A DNA stretch of 64,000 bases from an uncultured Bdellovibrio sp. (GTDB lineage Bacteria; Bdellovibrionota; Bdellovibrionia; Bdellovibrionales; Bdellovibrionaceae): contig CAWVRN010000023.1 in NCBI GenBank assembly GCA_963932905.1, forward strand, positions 1-64,000. The letters run 5' to 3'. A program made the position numbers and the translations under genes. The notes under the pieces were generated by a model that was not told where the DNA came from, did no database searches, and was given only the letters and a program-made list of their open reading frames with translations. Shown here one piece after another: positions 40,410 through 49,940 of this stretch. Each line of letters opens with the position of its first letter. Position 1 is the stretch's first letter.

Positions 40410-43083
40410 ACAGTCATTTATCGATTATTTTAAAAAACAAAACCACACCGCAGTGGCCAGTTCGTCTTTGATCCCTGAAGATGATCCGACACTTCTTTTT
40501 ACCAATGCGGGTATGAACCAGTTCAAGAATGCATTCTTGGGATTAGAAAAACGTCCTTACTCGCGCGCTGTAACCTCACAAAAATGTGTTCGCGCGGGCG
40601 GTAAGCATAATGATTTGGACAACGTGGGTTTCACAGCTCGTCACCATACATTTTTTGAAATGCTTGGAAACTTTTCTTTTGGTGATTATTTTAAGAAAGA
40701 TGCCATTCACTATGCATGGGAATTTTTAACCAAAGATTTGGGTTTAGATAAAAACCGTCTATACGTCACCGCATTTGAAACCGATGATGAAGCCGCGGAT
40801 ATCTGGCACAAGCAAGAGGGCATCCCAAAAGATCGTATCTTCCGATTTGGCGAAAAAGATAATTTCTGGAGAATGGGTGACACGGGACCTTGCGGGCCAT
40901 GTTCTGAAATTTTTTACGATCGTGGTGAACAATTTGGTAAGGAAAAAGATCCATATAAAAGTATCGCGAGTGGTGAAGATCGTATCGTTGAAATTTGGAA
41001 TCTGGTGTTTATGCAATTCTTTGAAAAATCACCGGGCGTGCTAGAACCACTTCCTAAACCATCTGTAGATACGGGTTCTGGCTTAGAGCGTGTGGTTGCT
41101 GTCGTACAAAACCAATTAAACAATTACGATACTGATTTATTTGCGCCCATGATTCAAACAGCGATGAAAGTCAGCGGGGTTGAATATGTGAACGATCGCG
41201 CGAAATTAGCGGCTCATGCTGAACTAGCAGAGCGTGCGGCGGCTTTCCGTGTTCTTGCCGATCACTGCCGCACAACGGGTTTCCTGATTGCGGACGGTGC
41301 GCTGCCTGGCAACGAAGGTCGCGGTTACGTTCTACGTCGTATCATGAGACGTGCCATCCGTTACGGACGCAAGTTATCTGATAAATCATTATTACTGCCG
41401 ATGGTGGATTCATTAATTGGTCACATGGGTGATGTTTATCCAGAGTTAAAAAACCGTCGCGAGTTTATTTTATCTTCTGTTAAAGATGAAGAAACACGTT
41501 TCATCCAAACATTGGATACAGGCGCAGAGATTCTTGAAAATGAAATCAAAAATTTAAAAGCTAAAAACCAAAAGAAAATGCCGGGCGAGATTACATTTAA
41601 AATGTACGATACGTATGGCTTTCCAGTGGACTTAACTCGCTTGATCGCAAACGAGAAAAATATTGAAGTCGATGAATCAGAATTTGAAACGTTCTTGAAT
41701 CAGGCAAAATCGAAATCAAAAGCCAGCTGGAAAGGCAAAGCTTTGGATTCAGACCAAGCTCACTTGATCAAATGGTCAAATGATGTCAGTCAGAAATCGG
41801 CAAAAACAATATTCAAAGGGTACGAGACGTTAGCGGATGATTTCAAAGTTGTGGCGCTGTCTAATGGTCGTCAAGCGGTTGAAAAACTAAATGCGGGTGA
41901 AACTGGATTTGTTATCTCTAGCCAAACACCATTCTATGCCGAAGGCGGCGGTCAAGCTGGCGATCAGGGAATTTTAGAAGGTTCCGGAATCAAGGCGACG
42001 GTAACAAACACGACTAAAATGAACGATATGTTCATGCATGAAGTTCAAGTTGAACAAGGTACACTTGCGATCGATACAGCTTTGAAAGCTAATGTGGATG
42101 ATAAAGCTCGTAAATTAACGGCTTCGAATCACTCGGCGACTCACTTAATGCATGCGGCGCTTAGAAAAACGTTGGGCGAAAGTGTGACTCAAGCCGGCTC
42201 GTTAGTAGATGCTCAGAAGTTGCGTTTCGATTTCACATTCAATCGTCCACTGACTCCAGAAGAGATCACTAAGATCGAAGACATGGTGAATGAACAAATT
42301 TACCGTGGTGATGCGGTGTCGACTCATAACATGAGTTATAAGAAAGCATTGGATTTCGGTGCGCTGGCATTGTTTGGGGAGAAGTATGGCGATGAAGTAC
42401 GCGTTCTGAAAATGGGCGATTTTTCGACAGAGCTTTGCGGTGGAACTCACGTTCATAATACGGCTGAAATTCGATTGTTTAAAATCGTTTCTGAAACGGG
42501 CGTCAGCAGTGGTGTTCGTCGTATCGAAGCTTTGACGAATAAAAACGCGTTAGATTATTTAAACAAAATTCAAAAAGAAACTCAGCTGGCTAAAGCCTCT
42601 GCGTCTGTTTTTGAAAAATGGGATTCTTACCTAGCCAGCACTCAGTTTGAATTGCCAAATTGGATAGAAGCGAAGAAAAATGAAATCAAAGATTTGGAAA
42701 AACAAATCCGCAAATTGAAGTCTGGCCAAGTTGATATCGATGGTGCGGTGGCATCGGCTCAGAAAACAGCGAAAAATGTTCCATTCGTGGCGCAAATGTT
42801 CGCGGTTGATGATCGTGAAGCTTTGTCAGAAATTGCCGATAAAATTAAAAATAAACTACAAACTGGTATCGTGATCGTCATCGGTAAAGAAGAGGGAACG
42901 TTCCCAATGATCGTATCAGTATCTAAAGATGCGTCTGCACAGGTTAAAGCAGGTGATGTCGTTAAATTTTTAGCACAGAAATACGGTGGCAAGGGCGGCG
43001 GTCGACCAGATTTTGCCCAAGGATCGATGTCCCAAGAACCTAAGCTAGAAGAATTAAATGGGTTAGTAAAATCTCAGTTCTAA
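40390..43083 (+). CDS. alaS: Alanine--tRNA ligase
   Basis: DPTLLFTNAGMNQFK, HHTFFEMLGNFSFGDYFK, NHSATHL, ELCGGTH, GGGRPDFAQG; GTG 40390. Confidence 0.98.
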   Translation: MNSHQVRQSFIDYFKKQNHTAVASSSLIPEDDPTLLFTNAGMNQFKNAFLGLEKRPYSRAVTSQKCVRAGGKHNDLDNVGFTARHHTFFEMLGNFSFGDYFKKDAIHYAWEFLTKDLGLDKNRLYVTAFETDDEAADIWHKQEGIPKDRIFRFGEKDNFWRMGDTGPCGPCSEIFYDRGEQFGKEKDPYKSIASGEDRIVEIWNLVFMQFFEKSPGVLEPLPKPSVDTGSGLERVVAVVQNQLNNYDTDLFAPMIQTAMKVSGVEYVNDRAKLAAHAELAERAAAFRVLADHCRTTGFLIADGALPGNEGRGYVLRRIMRRAIRYGRKLSDKSLLLPMVDSLIGHMGDVYPELKNRREFILSSVKDEETRFIQTLDTGAEILENEIKNLKAKNQKKMPGEITFKMYDTYGFPVDLTRLIANEKNIEVDESEFETFLNQAKSKSKASWKGKALDSDQAHLIKWSNDVSQKSAKTIFKGYETLADDFKVVALSNGRQAVEKLNAGETGFVISSQTPFYAEGGGQAGDQGILEGSGIKATVTNTTKMNDMFMHEVQVEQGTLAIDTALKANVDDKARKLTASNHSATHLMHAALRKTLGESVTQAGSLVDAQKLRFDFTFNRPLTPEEITKIEDMVNEQIYRGDAVSTHNMSYKKALDFGALALFGEKYGDEVRVLKMGDFSTELCGGTHVHNTAEIRLFKIVSETGVSSGVRRIEALTNKNALDYLNKIQKETQLAKASASVFEKWDSYLASTQFELPNWIEAKKNEIKDLEKQIRKLKSGQVDIDGAVASAQKTAKNVPFVAQMFAVDDREALSEIADKIKNKLQTGIVIVIGKEEGTFPMIVSVSKDASAQVKAGDVVKFLAQKYGGKGGGRPDFAQGSMSQEPKLEELNGLVKSQF

Positions 43084-43165
43084 ATAGCGGGTATAAATTA
43101 CATAAGCCGTGCCCGATATTGTAAAATTCTTTGCCTATAGAAAGAATTAAAGCGATATCGGGTCT

Positions 43166-44353
43166 ATGAAAAAAATCGTATTTATTCTAGCGGCTTACGC
43201 ATTATCATTTAACTTTGCATTGGCTCAATCCGTAACGGTTTCGGGTGCAGAAAAAAAGAAAATCGTTAAACAAAAAACAGCCGCGAAATCAGCAGCTAGC
43301 AAATCAAATAATTCAACTCTAGCAACTAACAAAAAATTTTGGGATGCAGAAACTGCATCACCGATTTTCATAGTACAAAATATCGCGACAGAAAAAATGC
43401 GTGTGTACAAACGCTGCGTGCAAGCTGCGCCGTGTGCGCATGAATTGTTATTTGAGGCAGATATGATTGTCGGTCACAGCACCAGCAATCAAAATGATCC
43501 GAACGTGTTTGCAACTAAACTTGGGCATTTTAAAATTGCTAAATGGACTAAATTTTTCGAGGACAAAAATGGTAAGTTCCCTGCGTGGTACAAATCAGAT
43601 TCCAATATGATTCCAAAAGGCTCTGCTCCAAAAGAATGGATCGGTAAACGTGGTGCTTACGGTTGGTTAACGGCGCAACTGGGACCAAGTGGTGGTGAAC
43701 AGGTGGTTCATGGTACTTATGGTTGGGGCGCAGATAAAGATAGCTTCCTGACTTACTTCAGAAATCCATTCGTTAGTTTTATTGATGACCCAATGGCTGT
43801 CGGTGCGACTCGTGTTGAAAATCAGGCAATTGCCTACACTCGTCACCTTGCAGATATCGGGACGGATGTATTGCGCGTTTACGCATTAGAAGCGTATGTC
43901 GATCCAACCCTAGCTCGTTATGAAGAGTATAAAACTCAAAAGCCGTTCTGGGACTGGGTTTTAACAAGCAAAGATGCCCAGAAGGATGCCGTCAGTATCG
44001 ATCGCAATGTTCAGCTCAAAAAGAATTACGTTTATTCAGATGTTATCGAAGAGGGGCGTTTTGAAATCGATCGCTACCCAACGGGAATGCCCTACAGCTC
44101 GACACTGTTTGGCTTAGGCGCCGGTTCGGGAACAACAGGCAACACGTACCAAATTAAACGTAAGCAATTCAAAGGCGTTTACTTGATCGATGAAGGTCGG
44201 TTTGTAGATTATGAGCACCCACAAGTTAAAGAATTACCGGTGGCTGGTTACCCTCAGCATGTGTTACCGGCGTATGTCGTTTCAAAAAATTCAACGTATG
44301 TTTTAATTCCGGCGGTGAAACCCGCTGAAGACACGAACGAACACTCGTTTTAA
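43166..44353 (+). CDS. Secreted L,D-transpeptidase (YkuD)-like protein lacking the catalytic Cys
   Basis: Signal peptide; IVQNIATEKMRVY, MIVG, TKLGHFKI, GAYGW, VHGT...AVGATRVEN at the SxGCxR position. Confidence 0.65.
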   Translation: MKKIVFILAAYALSFNFALAQSVTVSGAEKKKIVKQKTAAKSAASKSNNSTLATNKKFWDAETASPIFIVQNIATEKMRVYKRCVQAAPCAHELLFEADMIVGHSTSNQNDPNVFATKLGHFKIAKWTKFFEDKNGKFPAWYKSDSNMIPKGSAPKEWIGKRGAYGWLTAQLGPSGGEQVVHGTYGWGADKDSFLTYFRNPFVSFIDDPMAVGATRVENQAIAYTRHLADIGTDVLRVYALEAYVDPTLARYEEYKTQKPFWDWVLTSKDAQKDAVSIDRNVQLKKNYVYSDVIEEGRFEIDRYPTGMPYSSTLFGLGAGSGTTGNTYQIKRKQFKGVYLIDEGRFVDYEHPQVKELPVAGYPQHVLPAYVVSKNSTYVLIPAVKPAEDTNEHSF

Positions 44354-44802
44354 ACTAACGGTTTAAGCAGATCGTCCTCAGACTTCTTTTGCTGTTGGGC
44401 GATCGTTTTGATCTCGTCGGCTGAATACAATCGGCCTTTGCCGATTCCTGGGCAGAACGAAACGACATCTTTTTTCCATGCTTTTGCATTCAGAACCTCT
44501 GGCCAAAATGGCCATGTCCGGCACTGAGTAGGGCGGGCTTCATACACCGAGCACTGTTTGTTCTTAAGGAACATGCAATCAGTGTCTTTGGGGTCTTCTT
44601 TTAGATGCCAGACCCCACTGCGATTTTCGCAATAGCGTAGGGTAAAACTTCGGGTAGAAATCTTAAGGTATTTGGCAAAACGACGGCGGTCTTCTAGGGT
44701 CAAAAATACAAATCCGTACTCGCCATGTGACGTACAGCACTTTCCAGAGCCCTGACACTGAAATTTCAGTCCATTTTGAATTAATTTTTCTTCAATTTTC
44801 AC
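44350..44802 (-). CDS. YkgJ-family cysteine cluster protein
   Basis: FQCQGSGKCC, CMFL...CSVYEARPTQCRTWPFW. Confidence 0.88.
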   Translation of the reverse strand: MKIEEKLIQNGLKFQCQGSGKCCTSHGEYGFVFLTLEDRRRFAKYLKISTRSFTLRYCENRSGVWHLKEDPKDTDCMFLKNKQCSVYEARPTQCRTWPFWPEVLNAKAWKKDVVSFCPGIGKGRLYSADEIKTIAQQQKKSEDDLLKPLV

Positions 44803-44923
44803 TCGAAACCTTCTTTTAGAGCCTGTATTGGGGCGTATAAAATACCATACAACATTTGCATATATTGTAAAGGCCCTTGATCTATGCTAACCGTAACTTC
44901 TCATATATTTTTTAGGAGCTGCC

Positions 44924-45874
44924 TTGATTTTCGCCTCTCAAGACTTAAAGATTTATAGCCCCCAGGATTTCCCGGCTTATTTGCCAAAACTAAATAGTTT
45001 GTACGATGATTTGTTTTCTGGTGGTAAAGGCTTTCGCTCGCAATTGGTAAAATGGACATCTCAAAGTCTATCAGTTCCCGCTGAGACTCAAAAGCTACTG
45101 GCTCAAACAATCGAATTTATTCACAATGCCTCGTTATTACATGATGACCTAGTCGATCGTTCCCATTTACGTCGCGGAAAGCCGGCGGCATGGACTAAGT
45201 ACACACCAGAATACGCCGTTCTGGCGGGTGACTATCTTTTAGCGCGCGTGATGGTGAATCTGTCTCGTTTCGGTAATATTGATCTAGTTCAGTACACGGC
45301 AGAAATGATTTCTGATTTGTTAGAAGGCGAATGGTTGCAAGATTCGGTTGTTGGTGATTTTTATATTCAGTTAGAACAACTCGATCGTATTCATGAACTA
45401 AAAACATCGTCGTTATTTAAATGGTGCTTGAAGGCGCCATTGGTAGCTAGCCGTTACCCAAATAAGACAGTGACTGGTTTGCTAGAAGAAATGGGATCTA
45501 TCCTAGGGCAGCTGTTTCAGCGCAGCGATGATTTATTAGATTACGATGTTCGTAATGCTGAAAACAAAGCCATCCTTGGGGATTTAAAATCAAAATATTT
45601 AAATTCATTCGGTACATTTGTTTGCCGTGGCCGTTCCCGTGACGAGATCACTAAAATTGTAAACAGCCAAAGCTTAGGCGAATTTAAATTAAATTTAGGC
45701 GGCGAAGCCGTGTTTGATGCTTTATTGAAAGAGTTTGATGAAATCAATTCTCAGAAAATCAAGCTGTACAATCATCTTTTAGAGAAACTAAGAGAACAGT
45801 TACAACCATCAGAGCTAGAGCTGGTGAAATTCTTGAAGCCACTTCCTGATCTGCTTTACTGGCGCAGGAAATAA
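44924..45874 (+). CDS. Polyprenyl diphosphate synthase
   Basis: GGKGFR, SLLHDDLVD...RRG, FQRSDDLLD. Confidence 0.92.
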   Translation: MIFASQDLKIYSPQDFPAYLPKLNSLYDDLFSGGKGFRSQLVKWTSQSLSVPAETQKLLAQTIEFIHNASLLHDDLVDRSHLRRGKPAAWTKYTPEYAVLAGDYLLARVMVNLSRFGNIDLVQYTAEMISDLLEGEWLQDSVVGDFYIQLEQLDRIHELKTSSLFKWCLKAPLVASRYPNKTVTGLLEEMGSILGQLFQRSDDLLDYDVRNAENKAILGDLKSKYLNSFGTFVCRGRSRDEITKIVNSQSLGEFKLNLGGEAVFDALLKEFDEINSQKIKLYNHLLEKLREQLQPSELELVKFLKPLPDLLYWRRK

Positions 45875-45876
45875 AC

Positions 45877-46965
45877 TTGGACAAGTTTATAACGGTTAAG
45901 AAGGATTCTCCGGACTTTCAAAGATATATCGAGAATCGAGTTAGTAATTTCCGAGCGGTTCCGGTGGAATCGCAAAATATCAATACTGAATTAGAAATGG
46001 TGACGTTCGAGCTTAAGGAAATGAGCGAGTTTGCTTCGATTTCTTTAAAACAAAAAATCGTTCCTCTATTAAAACTAAATAAATTCCTATATTTTTTCTT
46101 TCCTATTTTTTACGTTGTAGCCACTTCATGGTTAAACTCCTACGTGGTTGATGAAGTCACGCTGCTGCTGTCTTGGTTTTCAGTGACGTGCTTATTTTTG
46201 GCTGTCAATTTAAGAGCTGATTACATTGATCATATGATTGGTCTTGATCGCATTTTGAAAAAGACAGCCACCAAACCTGTCAGTTTAGGCTGGGTTAGTG
46301 CTTATCGTGTAAAGCAGATGTCCTATGTATTTTTAGGCGCATCTGTGGCTATGGGGGTTCCCATTGTTATTGCATTTCCCATCGTTTTATCGGCGATGGC
46401 GTGTGCGACGGTAATCATATTCTGGGCAGTATTAAGGCAGCGCCATTCGTTTCGTTCCCACTTGTTAGGCGATTTTGGCTGGTCGTTATTGCTGGGACCA
46501 ATCTTAAGTGTTGGCTTTGAGTTATCGATTCGTGGGGATTCATCGACGCAGACATTTTTGTTTGGTTTAGTTTGGGGAGTGGTGGTGTTCTACCGCATTC
46601 AATTACAAAACTTTGAAGTCATCATGGAAGCATCGGTGGCCAAAATTAAAAATGGAATTACTTGGCTTGGTTTTGATAAAGGCAAAGATCTAATTCTAGG
46701 TTTGTGGGTGGCGTGCATCCTTTTATTCGCCGCTTTTCATATGATTTATTCGCATTGGTTGTACTGGATTTCTACGGTTATTTTATGCGCGATTTTTACC
46801 TATAGATCGCGTTCGACATTTCAAAACTTAAAATCTCCAGTGGGTTCTGAAATGGGACTGTTTATCAAAGACTTTCATCAGTTATACGTTCTACTGACGG
46901 TACTGTGGGCGGTGAGCATAGGTTTTCTGTTCTTGGTGCAAATGTTCGGCAAGGTTTTGGTATAA
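45877..46965 (+). CDS. UbiA/MenA-like prenyltransferase paralog, divergent
   Basis: Multi-TM; NLRADYIDHMIGLDR resembles the MenA first Asp-rich motif; coupled to the polyprenyl synthase. Confidence 0.6.
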   Translation: MDKFITVKKDSPDFQRYIENRVSNFRAVPVESQNINTELEMVTFELKEMSEFASISLKQKIVPLLKLNKFLYFFFPIFYVVATSWLNSYVVDEVTLLLSWFSVTCLFLAVNLRADYIDHMIGLDRILKKTATKPVSLGWVSAYRVKQMSYVFLGASVAMGVPIVIAFPIVLSAMACATVIIFWAVLRQRHSFRSHLLGDFGWSLLLGPILSVGFELSIRGDSSTQTFLFGLVWGVVVFYRIQLQNFEVIMEASVAKIKNGITWLGFDKGKDLILGLWVACILLFAAFHMIYSHWLYWISTVILCAIFTYRSRSTFQNLKSPVGSEMGLFIKDFHQLYVLLTVLWAVSIGFLFLVQMFGKVLV

Positions 46966-46967
46966 CC

Positions 46968-47753
46968 GTGACAACGGTTTATTTTATTCATGACGAATCG
47001 GGCACTCAAGCACAGATCATTGAATTTCTAAATCCGTTCTATCGCTTAATTACGGAAACTTTAAATTTTTCATTCGAAAATTTAAAAACGAAAGAACTTT
47101 ATGCACAGATCGACATGCGTTTGGAAACCACGCCGTTTGATTTTTTGCTGATTCAGCATGATGGACAGTTGGAATTATTCGATGCTGAGAAACGCAGAAT
47201 TCGAATCGATTTTGACGGTGATAGGCTTAATTACAGCCGAAAAGTCATCGCGAAAGATCCCTTCTTGCGGGCGATCGGTCAGAATCGAAAAAATGTTCTG
47301 GATGTATCGGCGGGTTTAGCAATTGATTCTATTTTTTTATCACAACATGGTCACAATGTGACGGCCGTGGAACGAAACCCTTTGCTATACGCGCTTCTTA
47401 ATCACGCCAAAGACCATTCTGAAAATTTAAAAAAACGAAATGTAGATTTTAAATTTGGTGATGCTAAGACGTTTGTTCAAACTTTGAAATCCAAAGATGA
47501 CTTTGACTGTATTTATTTTGATCCCATGTTTCCGGATAAGGCGAAATCAGCGCTGCCTAAACAAGAGATGGTTTTGTTTAGACAGCTAGTTGGCAGTGAC
47601 ACCGATGCGGCCGAAATCTTGGAAGCTTTGCTAAAAACGGGTTGCCGAGTGGTTGTCAAACGGCCGGCGTACGCCGAGCCGATCGGTTTCAAACCGACGA
47701 ATGCATTTGAATCTAAACTGCTTAGATTCGACATTTACGAAAATTACAAATGA
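46968..47753 (+). CDS. rsmJ: 16S rRNA m2G1516 methyltransferase RsmJ-like
   Basis: VLDVSAGLAIDS, VERNP, IYFDPMFP, RVVVKRP. Confidence 0.85.
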   Translation: MTTVYFIHDESGTQAQIIEFLNPFYRLITETLNFSFENLKTKELYAQIDMRLETTPFDFLLIQHDGQLELFDAEKRRIRIDFDGDRLNYSRKVIAKDPFLRAIGQNRKNVLDVSAGLAIDSIFLSQHGHNVTAVERNPLLYALLNHAKDHSENLKKRNVDFKFGDAKTFVQTLKSKDDFDCIYFDPMFPDKAKSALPKQEMVLFRQLVGSDTDAAEILEALLKTGCRVVVKRPAYAEPIGFKPTNAFESKLLRFDIYENYK

Positions 47754-47764
47754 GGAAGTAACGT

Positions 47765-48922
47765 ATGCACGTGTTTATTGTAAATATTATTTTGATTTTG
47801 TGGGCCTTGCATAAGTTCGGGAAAAATATATCGACCGGAGTCCTTAGAATTCACTGGCTGACTAGGCCCGGAGTCGAATTAAAGGATTATATACTTTCGT
47901 CAGTTTTAGCGGGTTTTGATTCGCTAAGCTGGCGTCGAGATTTTGTGAATCAATCCCGTTTGTGGCGCTCACAGATTTGGGATTTTAGGCGTTTCCTGTT
48001 TAGTAGTTCTCAAACGTTATTTAGCTTTTTTTGGGTGATGTTGTGCTTTGCTTTGTTTCTAGAGGTGGGAAGCTTTACAGTTTTGGGATTTGCTTTCATC
48101 GTACTAGCGGCCAGTTATATTCCTAAATTGCGTCTGATTCCATCGTTACGGGCATTGCGATCACTAGTTTATTTTGCATTAAGTCTGTTTTTTCTTGAGC
48201 TCGCTTTCAAAAATTCGGGATTGATGATGCAATACTTGATGGATACTGAGCTAGTTTTTTTCCTTACCATTGATTCCATTGCGAATTTATTGCCGATCCT
48301 TGTGGGAGCCGTAGTTCTTGGTTTTTTTATCCCGGTTCAGGGTTGGTCTCTGGTCACTTCGTTTTTATTTTTTGTAAATTCGCAGCTGTCATTTCTAGGA
48401 ATGGTATTTTTAGTTATCGGCGAACTTTTAGGAACGGCAATTTGGCTGATGGTGCGAGTTCGAAGTTGGGATAACTACTACCAAAAGAAACTAGGCCATT
48501 TGCTAAAATGGGTGGTTGGCTATTTGTTGGTTTTTGCAGTTGGTGCATTTGTTTGGAAACGTCTGTTTACCTTCGGACGGACTTTTAATGAGCTTGAATT
48601 GCTAAAATGGATTTTCTTAGGAACCATTCTTCTTTTGTTAGCCGGACTTTATGTAACGGTTATGGCCTGGGGGCATTTCACCGTCGTCAAGCAAGACAAA
48701 GACGTGGTGGTTTCTGACGCAGGATTGATAGGCGAGCTTGAAAGAAATTCGGATGATCCTGTGTCATTATTTATTACCGCTCAGCTTCGAGCCCGTCTTG
48801 AAAAGCTTCAAGTTTATCGAAATGATCTGCGTACCGACCCAGAAAGCAAAAAGAAGATACCTCCTTTTGTCCTTAACCAGTTCGAAGCCGAGATTAAAAT
48901 AATTGTGCGTCTGAAATCATAG
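47765..48922 (+). CDS. Hypothetical multi-pass membrane protein (possibly a degenerate Na/Pi-cotransporter-like protein)
   Basis: Many TM helices; LVIGELLGT resembles the GANIGT repeat region. Confidence 0.4.
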   Translation: MHVFIVNIILILWALHKFGKNISTGVLRIHWLTRPGVELKDYILSSVLAGFDSLSWRRDFVNQSRLWRSQIWDFRRFLFSSSQTLFSFFWVMLCFALFLEVGSFTVLGFAFIVLAASYIPKLRLIPSLRALRSLVYFALSLFFLELAFKNSGLMMQYLMDTELVFFLTIDSIANLLPILVGAVVLGFFIPVQGWSLVTSFLFFVNSQLSFLGMVFLVIGELLGTAIWLMVRVRSWDNYYQKKLGHLLKWVVGYLLVFAVGAFVWKRLFTFGRTFNELELLKWIFLGTILLLLAGLYVTVMAWGHFTVVKQDKDVVVSDAGLIGELERNSDDPVSLFITAQLRARLEKLQVYRNDLRTDPESKKKIPPFVLNQFEAEIKIIVRLKS

Positions 48923-48996
48923 CTGGTTACGGACCGGCGGTCTTGATTTAGATTATTTGATTGAGGCCGATACGGCCTTCTCCTATGATTAACTCT

Positions 48997-49890
48997 ATGA
49001 GTGCGGACATCCAGGATTTAGTTGAGAAAATCAAAGACCTTGAAAATCAGTTGTTAGAAAAAGACAACGAGCTGTTTGCTTATAGGAAAACCGTCACGCA
49101 GCTGAATGGTGAAATTGAAAAACTGATCACCAAGGTGTCAGGGCAATTGAATCTGGCTCAAGACATTCAAAAGTTCTTACAACCCACGAACATCCCCATC
49201 ATTCAAGGTATCGATTTCAGCACTAAGTTTCTGGCGGGAAGTCGTTTTGGGGGCAACTATTACGATATTTTTGAACATCAAGATAAGCTAAAGATATCTA
49301 TTCTTCTGTCCAGTGCTTCGGGATTTAGTGTGTCTTCACAAGTTCTTTCGATATTGATCAAAATGTCGACGATTCGAGAAATTCGTAAAGGAACCCCTAA
49401 CGAGAAAATCCTTGAAATGATTTTCTCTGAATTGGTGCCAGTGCTGGGCGAAAAAGACAACGCGAGTTTATTTTTAGGCACCATCGATAAACGTAACTAT
49501 CAATTCAGCTATTCTAGGTCGGGCAGCTTTTATGCTTATCATCAAATTCATGGTCGCGAAACCTTGAGCGAATTGTCGGAAACTCAAGGGTTGATGACCA
49601 GTAAATTTAATTCTGCGTTCCAATCTAGGCAGATGACCCTAAATCAGTTCGATCGACTGGTGATCCTGACTCAGGGGATTGTGGAAAACAAAAATAGAGC
49701 GGGTGTTTCATGGCCCGAGACAGCATTAAAAGAATCTATTCGCAAAGCGCCAAAAAAAGGGACACATGAATTACGAAACGAAATCCTTTTTCAAAATGAA
49801 AAATATTTGGACGGGCATGAAATGGATTATGACGTTACTGTTCTAGTCGCAGAGGTCAAGGATCCTGTTATTAAACTTGCGACTCCGTAA
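48997..49890 (+). CDS. Coiled-coil + SpoIIE/PP2C-like domain protein, degenerate active site
   Basis: LAQDIQKFLQP, GGNYYD, LVILTQG, DVTVLV; ATG 48997. Confidence 0.75.
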   Translation: MSADIQDLVEKIKDLENQLLEKDNELFAYRKTVTQLNGEIEKLITKVSGQLNLAQDIQKFLQPTNIPIIQGIDFSTKFLAGSRFGGNYYDIFEHQDKLKISILLSSASGFSVSSQVLSILIKMSTIREIRKGTPNEKILEMIFSELVPVLGEKDNASLFLGTIDKRNYQFSYSRSGSFYAYHQIHGRETLSELSETQGLMTSKFNSAFQSRQMTLNQFDRLVILTQGIVENKNRAGVSWPETALKESIRKAPKKGTHELRNEILFQNEKYLDGHEMDYDVTVLVAEVKDPVIKLATP

Positions 49891-49940
49891 GGACTTTGTT
49901 ACTTTAAAAAATAAAAATTTAATTCATTCGGAAGGTAATT

